The notes under the pieces were generated by a model. The model did no database searches, was not told where the DNA came from, and saw nothing but the letters and a program-made list of their open reading frames with translations. This document shows, piece by piece, positions 38,029 through 47,204 of a stretch of 64,000 nt of DNA. The position numbers and the translations under genes are program-made. The stretch is from the sequence record PP496439.1; one strand, 5' to 3'. Within the stretch, counting starts at the first letter, position 1. The number at the start of each line of letters is the position of its first letter.

Positions 38029-38031
38029 GAC

Positions 38032-39033
38032 ATGTACACTCCGTATTCCCAAAACAGTCTGATGCAATCGATCCCGTTGGATGACCAAGGTACATTCGCC
38101 CATCCGCCGTATACGATGGAAGGAGAGTTAACCGACGTGTGGACGAACCCCAACCTATATGGGTTCGTCAGCCTGTTGAACGGCCAGAGCAATAGCCGGG
38201 CCTATCGAGACTGGATGACCACCCACAATCTTCCAGCACTGTTCCTCGGTCCGCATCATGAAGACAACTTCTGGTTTGAATTCAGCACTGGTCTCTATTC
38301 CAACTGCACGCTGGATTACAACGAGATCAACGTCCAAGGCAACCTGCAGGACTTCCTTGGGAGATTGACGTCATCTCGCCGTCGCTCCGTGCTCAAGGCA
38401 AAGGAAACGGATACAATGATCCACAAGGCAGGCTCGGTAGCCAACTTCAACCTGTATCATCCGGTGGAGGGTAGGCTGTATAGTCTTACCGCGATTCACG
38501 AACGCCGGGTGATGAAAGATATTTCAGAGTTTATCGAATCGAAACTTTGGAGTATGAAGCAGACGCCTACTGACCTCACGTACGGGGCATTCACCACTCT
38601 GATGGACTACATCCGGTTGAAGCAGCGAGAGGATACGCCACTCGGCCACCTACTGCGCGCCGTTCATCTATTGGTCATTCGAGACGAACGTTCAGGGTTT
38701 ATCGTGTCGGTACACCTGGTGGCGATCAACACGTTGAAAGATGATCGCCATAATCCTATCAAGACCTACTTGCACTCCTTTGCGCGCATCACTGTTCTCC
38801 CTGCACGTATCGCCCTACTCGCGTTGATCAAGGTGGTTCAAGAGTTAAACGTCACTAGTCAGTACGCGTCCCGTACACTGGCGAAGATTGACTATCTTGA
38901 CGTGAGCAACGTGGTGCTGTCCGAGCGAGAGCAGTACAAGTCGGACTTCTTCACCGGCAAATGCCAAGTGCGTGCGTGGGCATCCCCGGCGCTGCTGGAA
39001 CGACAGTTACCTTTCGTTACGCCGATCCCGTAA
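38032..39033 (+). CDS. Putative GNAT/FemABX-like transferase
   Basis: QDFLGRLTSSRRRSVLKA helix; C-terminal YLDVS...EQYKSDF. Confidence 0.5.
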   Translation: MYTPYSQNSLMQSIPLDDQGTFAHPPYTMEGELTDVWTNPNLYGFVSLLNGQSNSRAYRDWMTTHNLPALFLGPHHEDNFWFEFSTGLYSNCTLDYNEINVQGNLQDFLGRLTSSRRRSVLKAKETDTMIHKAGSVANFNLYHPVEGRLYSLTAIHERRVMKDISEFIESKLWSMKQTPTDLTYGAFTTLMDYIRLKQREDTPLGHLLRAVHLLVIRDERSGFIVSVHLVAINTLKDDRHNPIKTYLHSFARITVLPARIALLALIKVVQELNVTSQYASRTLAKIDYLDVSNVVLSEREQYKSDFFTGKCQVRAWASPALLERQLPFVTPIP

Positions 39034-39087
39034 CTCTGTAAATGATGGGAACAGCCCCACCATCACTTCATCTCTAGGGTAGTTCCC

Positions 39088-40140
39088 ATGCAAGACTTCG
39101 ATAAGATAATGATCGATAGTAGTTTGACATCCAATCTGGTGTACGCAGGGTTGGGTAACTTGATCACGCCCCGCGCACTTGACCTGCTGATCGAACATCA
39201 GGCTGCACTGGAAAACGTATACGCCAATCTGGAAACAGCGTATCAGATTACCCCACCCTTCCCCTGTGAAGCTGCATTCAATTACCCTGACAAAGATCCT
39301 GTGCTGGTCGCCGACTATCTGAATGCTACTCCCGCCATCCGTTGCGGAGAGCTGGCTGGATTCGAGGCAAAGCCCGGCAGTTACTACCATGCGCCCGCCG
39401 CTGGTATCTCCCCGGAACATCGCATCGACGTACGTGGTATGTCTTTGCGTGAGTTCGACCACTATCTGGTTGAGCGTAAGGAAGTATCCCGTATCACTAC
39501 CAATCTGGTGGCCGACAAGTTCCGCTGTGAGACGCATGTGTACAAAGTGGATGAAGATCATATCCTGATCCATGACGCCGAACGAGTTGGGATCAGCCAG
39601 ACGGACTTCCGCCGCATGTGGGCGCAGACCCGCCGCCGGGAAATCGCTGAAAACTATCTGCAGTACATGCCCATCGAAGACTCCGCCAAGGATGATCAGG
39701 TGGTGCGACTGATCAACGAAGACGTAGCACGGGTGTTAGCCCAGAACGTCGACTACGACCGCATGATTCCGCCCGAGCTGATCTTCGATGGTCAGGGCAA
39801 GCCGGTGCTGACCGTGCTGAAAGATTGCAACGCCAAGGTGTTGGGCATTGGTGTGTACGTCATCTACAAGTCAGCTGACCCAGAGCATGACAGCGAACTG
39901 CACTGGCGTGGCGCTTTCTACGATCACGAAGATCCTCGCGTAGCATCCATGGGCATTGAACACGCTCTGGTTGCCAGCGCACTGCACACAGCGTACGCCT
40001 GCAACGCGGTCCTCTATCTGACCAAGGCACCTAAGTCCGTGTGTGACGCATGGAAGACGGAAGTGCACCAAGGTTACGGGCTGGTCCGTAATGCGATGCC
40101 GGAACTGTCTGACACCCCTTACATTCTGGCTATCCAGTAA
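39088..40140 (+). CDS. Putative aminoacyl-transferase-like GNAT (FemABX/Arg-tRNA transferase-like)
   Basis: DFRRMWAQTRRREIAEN; AFYDHEDPRVASMG...VLYL resembles the FYD...SLG...YL pattern. Confidence 0.45.
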   Translation: MQDFDKIMIDSSLTSNLVYAGLGNLITPRALDLLIEHQAALENVYANLETAYQITPPFPCEAAFNYPDKDPVLVADYLNATPAIRCGELAGFEAKPGSYYHAPAAGISPEHRIDVRGMSLREFDHYLVERKEVSRITTNLVADKFRCETHVYKVDEDHILIHDAERVGISQTDFRRMWAQTRRREIAENYLQYMPIEDSAKDDQVVRLINEDVARVLAQNVDYDRMIPPELIFDGQGKPVLTVLKDCNAKVLGIGVYVIYKSADPEHDSELHWRGAFYDHEDPRVASMGIEHALVASALHTAYACNAVLYLTKAPKSVCDAWKTEVHQGYGLVRNAMPELSDTPYILAIQ

Positions 40141-40173
40141 ATAGCCGGTAACTCCATCCATTGAGGTACTTCC

Positions 40174-42258
40174 ATGAAATCCGTGAACCCCATCTTCAAA
40201 CACGTTCCCCAGTTCGACTGGCCTGTCATTCCCCGTGCGCAGTGGGAAGAGATCGTCAAGGGAAAAGAGCATGTGATGTTCGACTCCTTCTCGCAGCTCG
40301 CTCAAGTGTTGGCTATCCCGGTGAGCAGTTACCAGTTCTACTTCGAAGATGGGTCCACGTTGTTCGCCGGTCCCGAAGCAACCTTCACCGCCGCGCCGTA
40401 CCCGCTGTATCAGGACCTTGAATTCGTCCTGACCCCTGACGAGACGTTGGTGCCGGGTCTTGCACTGGATACCAAACCGTGGGGCCTGTACACCGACGAA
40501 TGGGTGGACAACTACGAAGGTGCGGACAAGGAAGACATCGGCAACAAGACCGGGTTCGAATTCATTCCGCTGTCGGACGCCTTGAAACTGGTGGTCCTCA
40601 ACACGGAGACCATGCAGCTCCAGTACACTGCAATCGAGAGCTTCACGTACGACGGCGTGACTTACGTATACCTGCTGGCCGATGGCGTGTGCTGGGTACT
40701 GGCGGGCAAGTCCGGTGGTCTGGTTGCCAGCGAGCATGACAAAGGTGCTGCGTTCATCATGGTGTCCCATCCCGAGTTCGCCGGGTGCAGCGTAGACAAC
40801 ATGTACCCAAGTGAGTTCGGTGAAGCGGAAGCGACGTTCTACGTTCAAGACGAGGAACACAATTACCTGGACGCGGCTAACCGCATCTTCGAGGAAGCCA
40901 AGGACGTAGGCGCTGGCACTTTCCTGACCATTGAGACCGGGGATGGACTGCCGACGGCACTGGCCTACAACCTGCGTTACAGTGACGTGGCCCACGTTAA
41001 CCTGCCGATGCACAACATCCACCAGTTCACGTCTCTTCACGTACGACTGGGCGAGACGCCTAACTTCTCCGAGGCCCCGGAAGCGTGCCGCATGAAAGAG
41101 GTGATGGAGTACCTGGCGGACCCCGAGTCCCCGGTAGACCATTACTGGTCTGCCATCATGGTACTGGAGAAGAACTTCCCCGGTTTCGCCGACGCCCTGA
41201 AAGACTCCAGTGTCCCAACCCGTGACATCGTGCACTCCAAACAGGCGTTCAGCTTGGAGATCGATCGCCAGTTCGGCAAGGAAGTGGCAAGCAAGATCGG
41301 CCTGAACACTGGCGTATTCGCCCAAGTGAAAGACCGTGATGAGTGGCTGACCCGTCAAGACGATTTTCCTACCGACAAGGTGGCCGTCAAGTACAACACC
41401 AAACACTTCATCGGCATCTTCGACAAGGACGAGGTATCGAATTCCATCAACATGTGGCTGGCCGGTCAACCCGGAGAGTCGCTGATGATCGAAGAGTACT
41501 TCGGTGAGGGCAATCAGGAATTCAACCTGTGCTATGTGATCAACGAAGAGTTCGTGCAGCCGACGCTGTTCCTGTGCGAAGTCAACAAGATCCTCGGTAA
41601 TGACACCGGCGGCAAAGGTGGCAACACGCTGGCCTGCCATGATGCTCGTATTAACAAGTACCCTGAGTTCTTTGAGCCGGTCAATGCTGCGCTTGCTAAC
41701 CTGCATGAGCACGTGGAAGGTGTGAAGGGCTGGGTTGACCTGAGCTTCATGGTCCGCGACGGCATCCCTTACTTCACAGAGTGGTGCATTCGAATTGGCT
41801 GCTCCAACAACGCCACCATCGTGCGCCAGATGGAGACCCCGCTCGACGTTCTGCTGACCAACGTGGTTAACAAGGTGCATACCGAGCTGTCTTGGAAGCA
41901 CTCCATGTCTGTCAGCGTGGACATCTACAGCATGCCGCTGTCCGCAGGCAATGATGCCAACATGCAGTTCACCGAGTCGCTGACCACGCCGGTCGAGATG
42001 GTGTCCCCGCTCAATCTGGAACTGGCGGCGGAGAGTTTCTTCGACCCGATTGATTCGGCCTGGAACGCGGTGTACGACGGCTACATTGTCGAGGCGTACA
42101 ACCGATATGGCACCGTCTCGGGGTATTCCACCAACTGGAACTTCGCCTGCAATGCGGCGTACAATCACTTGAAAGATCAGTCGGTGTTGTACGGGGCATA
42201 CCGCGAAGCGCCTGCCCACCACGACCCACTGACTCTGTTCCCTTTCCTCAAGGCGTAA
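40174..42258 (+). CDS. ATP-grasp ligase, PurD-like C-terminal half, with a large unknown N-terminus
   Basis: VAVKYN, LMIEEYFGEGNQEF, GNDTGGKGG, MVRDGIPYFTEWCIRIG. Confidence 0.7.
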   Translation: MKSVNPIFKHVPQFDWPVIPRAQWEEIVKGKEHVMFDSFSQLAQVLAIPVSSYQFYFEDGSTLFAGPEATFTAAPYPLYQDLEFVLTPDETLVPGLALDTKPWGLYTDEWVDNYEGADKEDIGNKTGFEFIPLSDALKLVVLNTETMQLQYTAIESFTYDGVTYVYLLADGVCWVLAGKSGGLVASEHDKGAAFIMVSHPEFAGCSVDNMYPSEFGEAEATFYVQDEEHNYLDAANRIFEEAKDVGAGTFLTIETGDGLPTALAYNLRYSDVAHVNLPMHNIHQFTSLHVRLGETPNFSEAPEACRMKEVMEYLADPESPVDHYWSAIMVLEKNFPGFADALKDSSVPTRDIVHSKQAFSLEIDRQFGKEVASKIGLNTGVFAQVKDRDEWLTRQDDFPTDKVAVKYNTKHFIGIFDKDEVSNSINMWLAGQPGESLMIEEYFGEGNQEFNLCYVINEEFVQPTLFLCEVNKILGNDTGGKGGNTLACHDARINKYPEFFEPVNAALANLHEHVEGVKGWVDLSFMVRDGIPYFTEWCIRIGCSNNATIVRQMETPLDVLLTNVVNKVHTELSWKHSMSVSVDIYSMPLSAGNDANMQFTESLTTPVEMVSPLNLELAAESFFDPIDSAWNAVYDGYIVEAYNRYGTVSGYSTNWNFACNAAYNHLKDQSVLYGAYREAPAHHDPLTLFPFLKA

Positions 42259-42261
42259 TCC

Positions 42262-43425
42262 ATGAGCACTCCATTCCAAGAGTTCACCCTAGAAGGGTGG
42301 ATTCGCTACATGAGAGATGAAAGCATCATCTGGCGCGCGTACGCTGATGGTCATCCGGATAAGGTCGAGTTCAGCCCGGAGTGGCGTGACGAGATGTATC
42401 GGTTGATGGTGCAGTTCAAAGATCTGCTGCCGATGTCGTTTTCCAATCCGGTGTACGGCTTCACTGAAGGTTGGCTGGAAGGGCTCGGACTCCAGCCCTT
42501 TTATGGCGATGATCCGTTCAATCCGATGGTGCAACCGCTTAGCCACCCTCTGGTGCATGTGGGGCTTCCGTTTACTCTGAGCGAGCTGACGGCGGGCGTA
42601 TGGGACTGTCAGTCCCTGAGCGCTCACCTGGAGCGTCCGCTGCTGGTCGATACATTCGAACCGATCCCAGTGCCATCTATTAGCCTGGACGCTTACAAAG
42701 CCGTCCTGACCGTACGGGACCGGGAAGAGATCGTGATGAGTGCGGGAACCCCGGTGAACTACTTCCTCTGGTTGAATAGTCCGATCACCGAACTCAAAGA
42801 CGACTTCGACGTTTATCTGGCCAGCCTGACCAAGAAGCGCCGCTACAAAGTGAAGCAGGCACTGGCGACAGTGGGCACCGAAGAGAACCCGGCTATCAGC
42901 GTCAGTACTGGATCTCGTTTCGGCGAAGGGTTGTTGTCCGATCAGGTGAACAGCATCCTCGCGACTTTCGAAGATCCGGTGGACATCGAGTGCATGCTTC
43001 TTCAGCTGCTGTTCGGGGTGGCAACCTGCAATACCCATCCGCATCTTGTCGATCTGGTTTGTGCAGACCAGCAGTTGGGGATCTTCATCAAGCGCAACGG
43101 CCACACGATGAATTTCCTCTACAACCGTGACCCGGACAACCGCGCTGACTCAGGCATCAACCTGCTGACCCAGTACGTGCGCCATCTGCACATGAACCGC
43201 CCGGAAGGTGTGATGTACGTGGACCCGACATGTCGATATCGGCCTGACGAGGACAGTATGAACACCTACAAGCGGGTGATCACCAACGAGAACCGGTATC
43301 ACCCAATGCCGTTCGTCTCGGCTGACCCTGCGCATATTGAAGGTGTGATTACCCCGGCGTTCATTGCAGGTCATTGGCAGATGTCGGCGTCCAATGGCCC
43401 GGCCAATCCTGAGATGATGGAGTAA
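42262..43425 (+). CDS. Putative GNAT/FemABX-like transferase (Acetyltransf_6-like)
   Basis: DDFDVYLASLTKKRRYKVKQAL; C-terminal YVDPT...NTYKRVI. Confidence 0.6.
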   Translation: MSTPFQEFTLEGWIRYMRDESIIWRAYADGHPDKVEFSPEWRDEMYRLMVQFKDLLPMSFSNPVYGFTEGWLEGLGLQPFYGDDPFNPMVQPLSHPLVHVGLPFTLSELTAGVWDCQSLSAHLERPLLVDTFEPIPVPSISLDAYKAVLTVRDREEIVMSAGTPVNYFLWLNSPITELKDDFDVYLASLTKKRRYKVKQALATVGTEENPAISVSTGSRFGEGLLSDQVNSILATFEDPVDIECMLLQLLFGVATCNTHPHLVDLVCADQQLGIFIKRNGHTMNFLYNRDPDNRADSGINLLTQYVRHLHMNRPEGVMYVDPTCRYRPDEDSMNTYKRVITNENRYHPMPFVSADPAHIEGVITPAFIAGHWQMSASNGPANPEMME

Positions 43426-43427
43426 CC

Positions 43428-44375
43428 ATGGCAAAGCACAAGGTCAAAAGGTTGGAAATCAACCACATCTACGACTTCTACCCGTTGTATCAGGTGATGT
43501 ACGGGCGTGGCATGGAGACCAAAGCGTTCGAGGTCTCCAAGTTCGCCAAGATGGTGCTGGACTTCGAAGCATCAACCAGTACTCGCCGGAAGTGGGACGT
43601 GCTGGAACCTTTCAGCGGTATCAGCGAGCATGAACACTTCTTCGCTGCGACCGGCCTGAACATCGAGCATTACACCGGCATGGACATCGTGGTTCCAGAT
43701 GGAGCCAAAAACGTCATTCAAGGCGACATCATCACCGACACCCTTCCGTTTCACGTCAACGCGGTGTTCGCCTTCTACTACAGCTTGCAGAATGTACGGG
43801 ACGCCAAGACTGGCATGCACACGCGGGAAAAGCTGGTGGAGTTCTTCGACAACATCCTCGGCCATCTGCAAGTCAATGCGAACAAGAGCCGTATGCCCGC
43901 AGTGTTCGCTTTCCACCTTGACCAGCCTGAAGACCCTAATTACTATCTGACGTCCCGTGCCGACGTTGGAGGTGAACAGTCATGGACCGCACCCGCGTGT
44001 GGTCTGCTGGGGCAGTGGGTCAAGTGCAAACCGACTGACACTCTGGAAGTGAAGTGCAATCTGGACACCTGGTACAACCGTGTGCAGTGCACCGCGTACG
44101 ATCAGGCGGAGGATATCCAGATTCTGGTAAATGGGCGAGTAGTGGCGACCGTTGAGATCGAACAGCCGTTCACTCATCGGGTCTGGACCGAGCATGAGGT
44201 GATCGACATCCTGCGGGGTCTGGACTACAATCTGCACTTCCACATGTACAACGGCACCATCTCCAATTACGACTTCTTGATGACCCGTTTGGAAGACAAG
44301 CCCGTTCCCGGCTATGAAGAGGCTAATACTAATCAGATGACAACTGATATGCTGGTTGTCGTTAATCCGAGGTAA
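43428..44375 (+). CDS. Class I SAM-dependent methyltransferase-like protein
   Basis: VLEPFSG, YTGMDI, IQGDIIT. Confidence 0.65.
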   Translation: MAKHKVKRLEINHIYDFYPLYQVMYGRGMETKAFEVSKFAKMVLDFEASTSTRRKWDVLEPFSGISEHEHFFAATGLNIEHYTGMDIVVPDGAKNVIQGDIITDTLPFHVNAVFAFYYSLQNVRDAKTGMHTREKLVEFFDNILGHLQVNANKSRMPAVFAFHLDQPEDPNYYLTSRADVGGEQSWTAPACGLLGQWVKCKPTDTLEVKCNLDTWYNRVQCTAYDQAEDIQILVNGRVVATVEIEQPFTHRVWTEHEVIDILRGLDYNLHFHMYNGTISNYDFLMTRLEDKPVPGYEEANTNQMTTDMLVVVNPR

Positions 44376-44377
44376 TA

Positions 44378-45295
44378 ATGGCTAAGCCCAAGATCCCTAC
44401 ACGAACCATCCCCACGTTGTACCAAGACTGGGGGTTGTACAGCGCCATCTGCGAACTGCCGCAGGAGACGATGCTGATGATGTCGCGCTTCGTGGCAGAC
44501 CGGACCATCGAACATGCCGAGCGCCATGACCTGGAAAGTGTGGCGATCATGGAGCCCTTTAGCGGGCCGATCCCGTATTACGAGCCAGACATCCGAAGCT
44601 TCCTGACTCGCGCCCGTGTTGACCTGGATACGTACGATCATGTCGAGTACCTTGATCATGGTGGATTGTCGGAAGACAACAATATCATCATCGGTGACAT
44701 CACCACCATCGACCTGAAACAGAAATACGACGTCATCTACGGCAGTTACGGCAGCTTGGCCTGCCTGCTGCTGGATCACACGCACAACAAAGCTTACGAG
44801 AAGTCGCACGCGGCGCTGGTCAACATTCGCGAGCACCTGAAACCCAACGGCATCTTCGTCCTGAACGCCAACGGATCCAGCGAAAGCCTGCTGAATAACC
44901 TGTTGAACTCCGATGAGCCGGATCAAGAGATTCGCGTCCGTCCGGGATCGCAGTTGGGCAAGGCGTTCCGAATCAAACCAGACAGTAACGCGCTGCTTCG
45001 TTTCTCCTACAACGTGGAGTACGACCGACGCACCACCTGCACCATGTGCCACTACAGCGATATGGTGCTGTCTGTAAATGGAGTTGACATCCAGCGCTGG
45101 GAGGTGGAATCCCCGACGTATCTTGCGCCGCTGGATGAACCCGAACTAATTCGAATGGCAGGTATGGCTGGTTTCAATCTGGAAAACACTGAGTTCTACG
45201 GATTGGACACCACCGGTTATCCTGCCTTCTTCAAAATGGATACGGTCTGCGACGGGTCATGGTCACCCGCCGAGTTCGTAGTCTTTCGCACCTAA
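44378..45295 (+). CDS. Class I SAM-dependent methyltransferase
   Basis: IMEPFSG, IIGDITTIDLKQKYDVI, IREHLKPNGIFV. Confidence 0.8.
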   Translation: MAKPKIPTRTIPTLYQDWGLYSAICELPQETMLMMSRFVADRTIEHAERHDLESVAIMEPFSGPIPYYEPDIRSFLTRARVDLDTYDHVEYLDHGGLSEDNNIIIGDITTIDLKQKYDVIYGSYGSLACLLLDHTHNKAYEKSHAALVNIREHLKPNGIFVLNANGSSESLLNNLLNSDEPDQEIRVRPGSQLGKAFRIKPDSNALLRFSYNVEYDRRTTCTMCHYSDMVLSVNGVDIQRWEVESPTYLAPLDEPELIRMAGMAGFNLENTEFYGLDTTGYPAFFKMDTVCDGSWSPAEFVVFRT

Positions 45296-45305
45296 CGAGG
45301 TTCCT

Positions 45306-46541
45306 ATGAGCGTTATCATCCCCACCGTAGCGATGGAGAGTGGTCAGCCAGACATGATCATTCAAGGCTGTTCCACGGGTCGCCTCTCTATGGCCGAGCC
45401 TAACGAGAGCGCCAAACCTAAGTCTTCCAAGAAGCTGTACGAACGTGAAGACCTGATGGCGTACGACAGCGAGTCGGAGCACTGGCAGAAGCAGTTGGCC
45501 CGCCGCTACGCTCACCACGGTGAGATGGTCGGTGTGTTGAACAACGTCGAGGTGGTGCCGGAAGCCACCTATCAGAACTTCGACATGAAGATCACCCCGT
45601 ACACCGCGCAGTTGATGGACCAGAACGACCCCAACTGCCCGATCCGTTTGCAGTACATGCCGACCAATAAAGAGCTGGAGTCGATTCAGCGCGAAGAGAC
45701 CATGCACAACGAGCTGGGCGAGGAAGAGGACACCATCCCCGGTACCTCGGTCGTGCATCGCTACCCGCGTCGTGTCTTGTTCCTGACCACTACCCAATGC
45801 GCCAGCTTCTGCCGTTACTGCACCCGTGCACGCATAGTCTCCCACGGCGGCGAAGCGGCGATCACCAAGAAGCACCTTGACGCCAGCATCGACTACATCG
45901 CCGGGAACAAGGACATCGAAGACGTGCTGCTGTCCGGCGGTGACCCGTTCATCCTCCCAGACAACAAGCTCGACGAGATCCTCGGTCGTATCCGTGCTGA
46001 AGCACCTCACGTTCGCTTCCTGCGTATTGGTAGCCGACTGCCGGTCCAGATGCCGACTCGTATCACTCCAGAGCTGTGCGAGATTCTGGAACGCCACAAT
46101 GTCAACATGGTCAACATCCATGTGAACCATCCGAAAGAAGTAACCCCTCTGCTGGCCTCCCGGATGAAGATGTTGCGCAAAGCTGGCGTGATGATCGGCA
46201 ATCAGGCCGTCATGCTGAAAGGCGTGAACGACTCCATCCAGGTGATGACCGAGCTGTGCTTGCGTATGGTCGAGATGGGCGTCCGTCCGTACTACGTCTA
46301 CTCCAACGATCCGGTGGCCCAGGCCGCACACTTCACCGTGTCGCTGAAAGAGATGCTGAATATCAACGAGGGTATGCGTGGCTTCCTGTCTGGCCCGGCT
46401 ATGCCAACCTTCGTGGTAGACGGCGTGGGTGGCTTGGGCAAGATGCCGGTGCAGAAAGAGTACGTCGGCTTCGATAAGAACGGCGGTATCTTCGCCCAGA
46501 ACTTCGAAGGGAAAACGGCCCGCATGCCCCATCTGGAATAA
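45306..46541 (+). CDS. kamA: Lysine 2,3-aminomutase family (radical SAM, PLP)
   Basis: ITPY...CPIRLQ, HRYPRRVL, CASFCRYCTR, LLSGGDP, HVNHPKE, NQAVMLKGVND, YYVYSND, FVVDGVGGLGKMP. Confidence 0.93.
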   Translation: MSVIIPTVAMESGQPDMIIQGCSTGRLSMAEPNESAKPKSSKKLYEREDLMAYDSESEHWQKQLARRYAHHGEMVGVLNNVEVVPEATYQNFDMKITPYTAQLMDQNDPNCPIRLQYMPTNKELESIQREETMHNELGEEEDTIPGTSVVHRYPRRVLFLTTTQCASFCRYCTRARIVSHGGEAAITKKHLDASIDYIAGNKDIEDVLLSGGDPFILPDNKLDEILGRIRAEAPHVRFLRIGSRLPVQMPTRITPELCEILERHNVNMVNIHVNHPKEVTPLLASRMKMLRKAGVMIGNQAVMLKGVNDSIQVMTELCLRMVEMGVRPYYVYSNDPVAQAAHFTVSLKEMLNINEGMRGFLSGPAMPTFVVDGVGGLGKMPVQKEYVGFDKNGGIFAQNFEGKTARMPHLE

Positions 46542-46692
46542 GCGTTCCCAGACACTCCCTAGTTCCATTGTACAAGCTTCAAATGCCCCATTTGCGCTAG
46601 GTCCTGTAAATGGGGTTGCTTATCAGCGTTGCAATGTGTTACGCTGGATTGGACCCATATTATTCCGATAACCGAACCACCGAGGTATCACC

Positions 46693-47124
46693 ATGAGCTT
46701 CTCCGTAACCGTAGCTGCACAGACCATCGCTGCCCCCGAGTCGCTGGGTAGCCCGAAAGGCATCAGCGTCCTCGAAGCCAACGAAGGCTTTGCTGTCATC
46801 GAATTCCAACGTCCTCGCGCCTCGAAGCGTGACCAGATTGCCGTCCCTCGCGTCCAGATCCTTTCCCTGAGCCACGGCAGCGCCGACGGCGACAGCGGTT
46901 ACCTGATCGCTCAAGGCATGGCCGGTGTGGCCGACGAATTCGAAGCCGCAAGCTTCACCATCGAAGGCAACGTTGCCACGTTCGTGACCGCTGAAGGCGC
47001 CACTATCGAAACCGACGCACGTCTGACCCGTATCCTCGCTTACGGCGTGGAAGAGGGCGAAAACAGCCTGCTGGGTAAGCCGGAAAAGAAAGTAAAACCG
47101 AAAGCAAGCACCAAGAAGAAGTAA
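46693..47124 (+). CDS. Hypothetical protein, likely highly expressed, with Lys-rich tail
   Basis: Own GTAAAT motif (46606), GAGG RBS, own terminator, biased codons. Confidence 0.75.
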   Translation: MSFSVTVAAQTIAAPESLGSPKGISVLEANEGFAVIEFQRPRASKRDQIAVPRVQILSLSHGSADGDSGYLIAQGMAGVADEFEAASFTIEGNVATFVTAEGATIETDARLTRILAYGVEEGENSLLGKPEKKVKPKASTKKK

Positions 47125-47153
47125 TCAACACGGCCCGCGCCGGTTGAACTAAG

Positions 47154-47185
47154 AAAAAGCCCCTTCCGTTTGGTTGGGGCTTTTT
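47154..47185 (+). terminator. Rho-independent terminator
   Basis: AAAAAGCCCC...GGGGCTTTTT. Confidence 0.85.
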
Positions 47186-47204
47186 CGTTATACCGAGGTG
47201 TCCC

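Noticed and set aside
39871-42279. 802-aa minus-strand ORF
   Set aside because: Antisense shadow of the ATP-grasp gene; no RBS or motifs. Long shadows are expected from GC-rich codon bias.
45306-46541. EF-P beta-lysylation (epmB) role
   Set aside because: No EpmA-like tRNA-synthetase paralog or efp in the window; neighbours point to another pathway.
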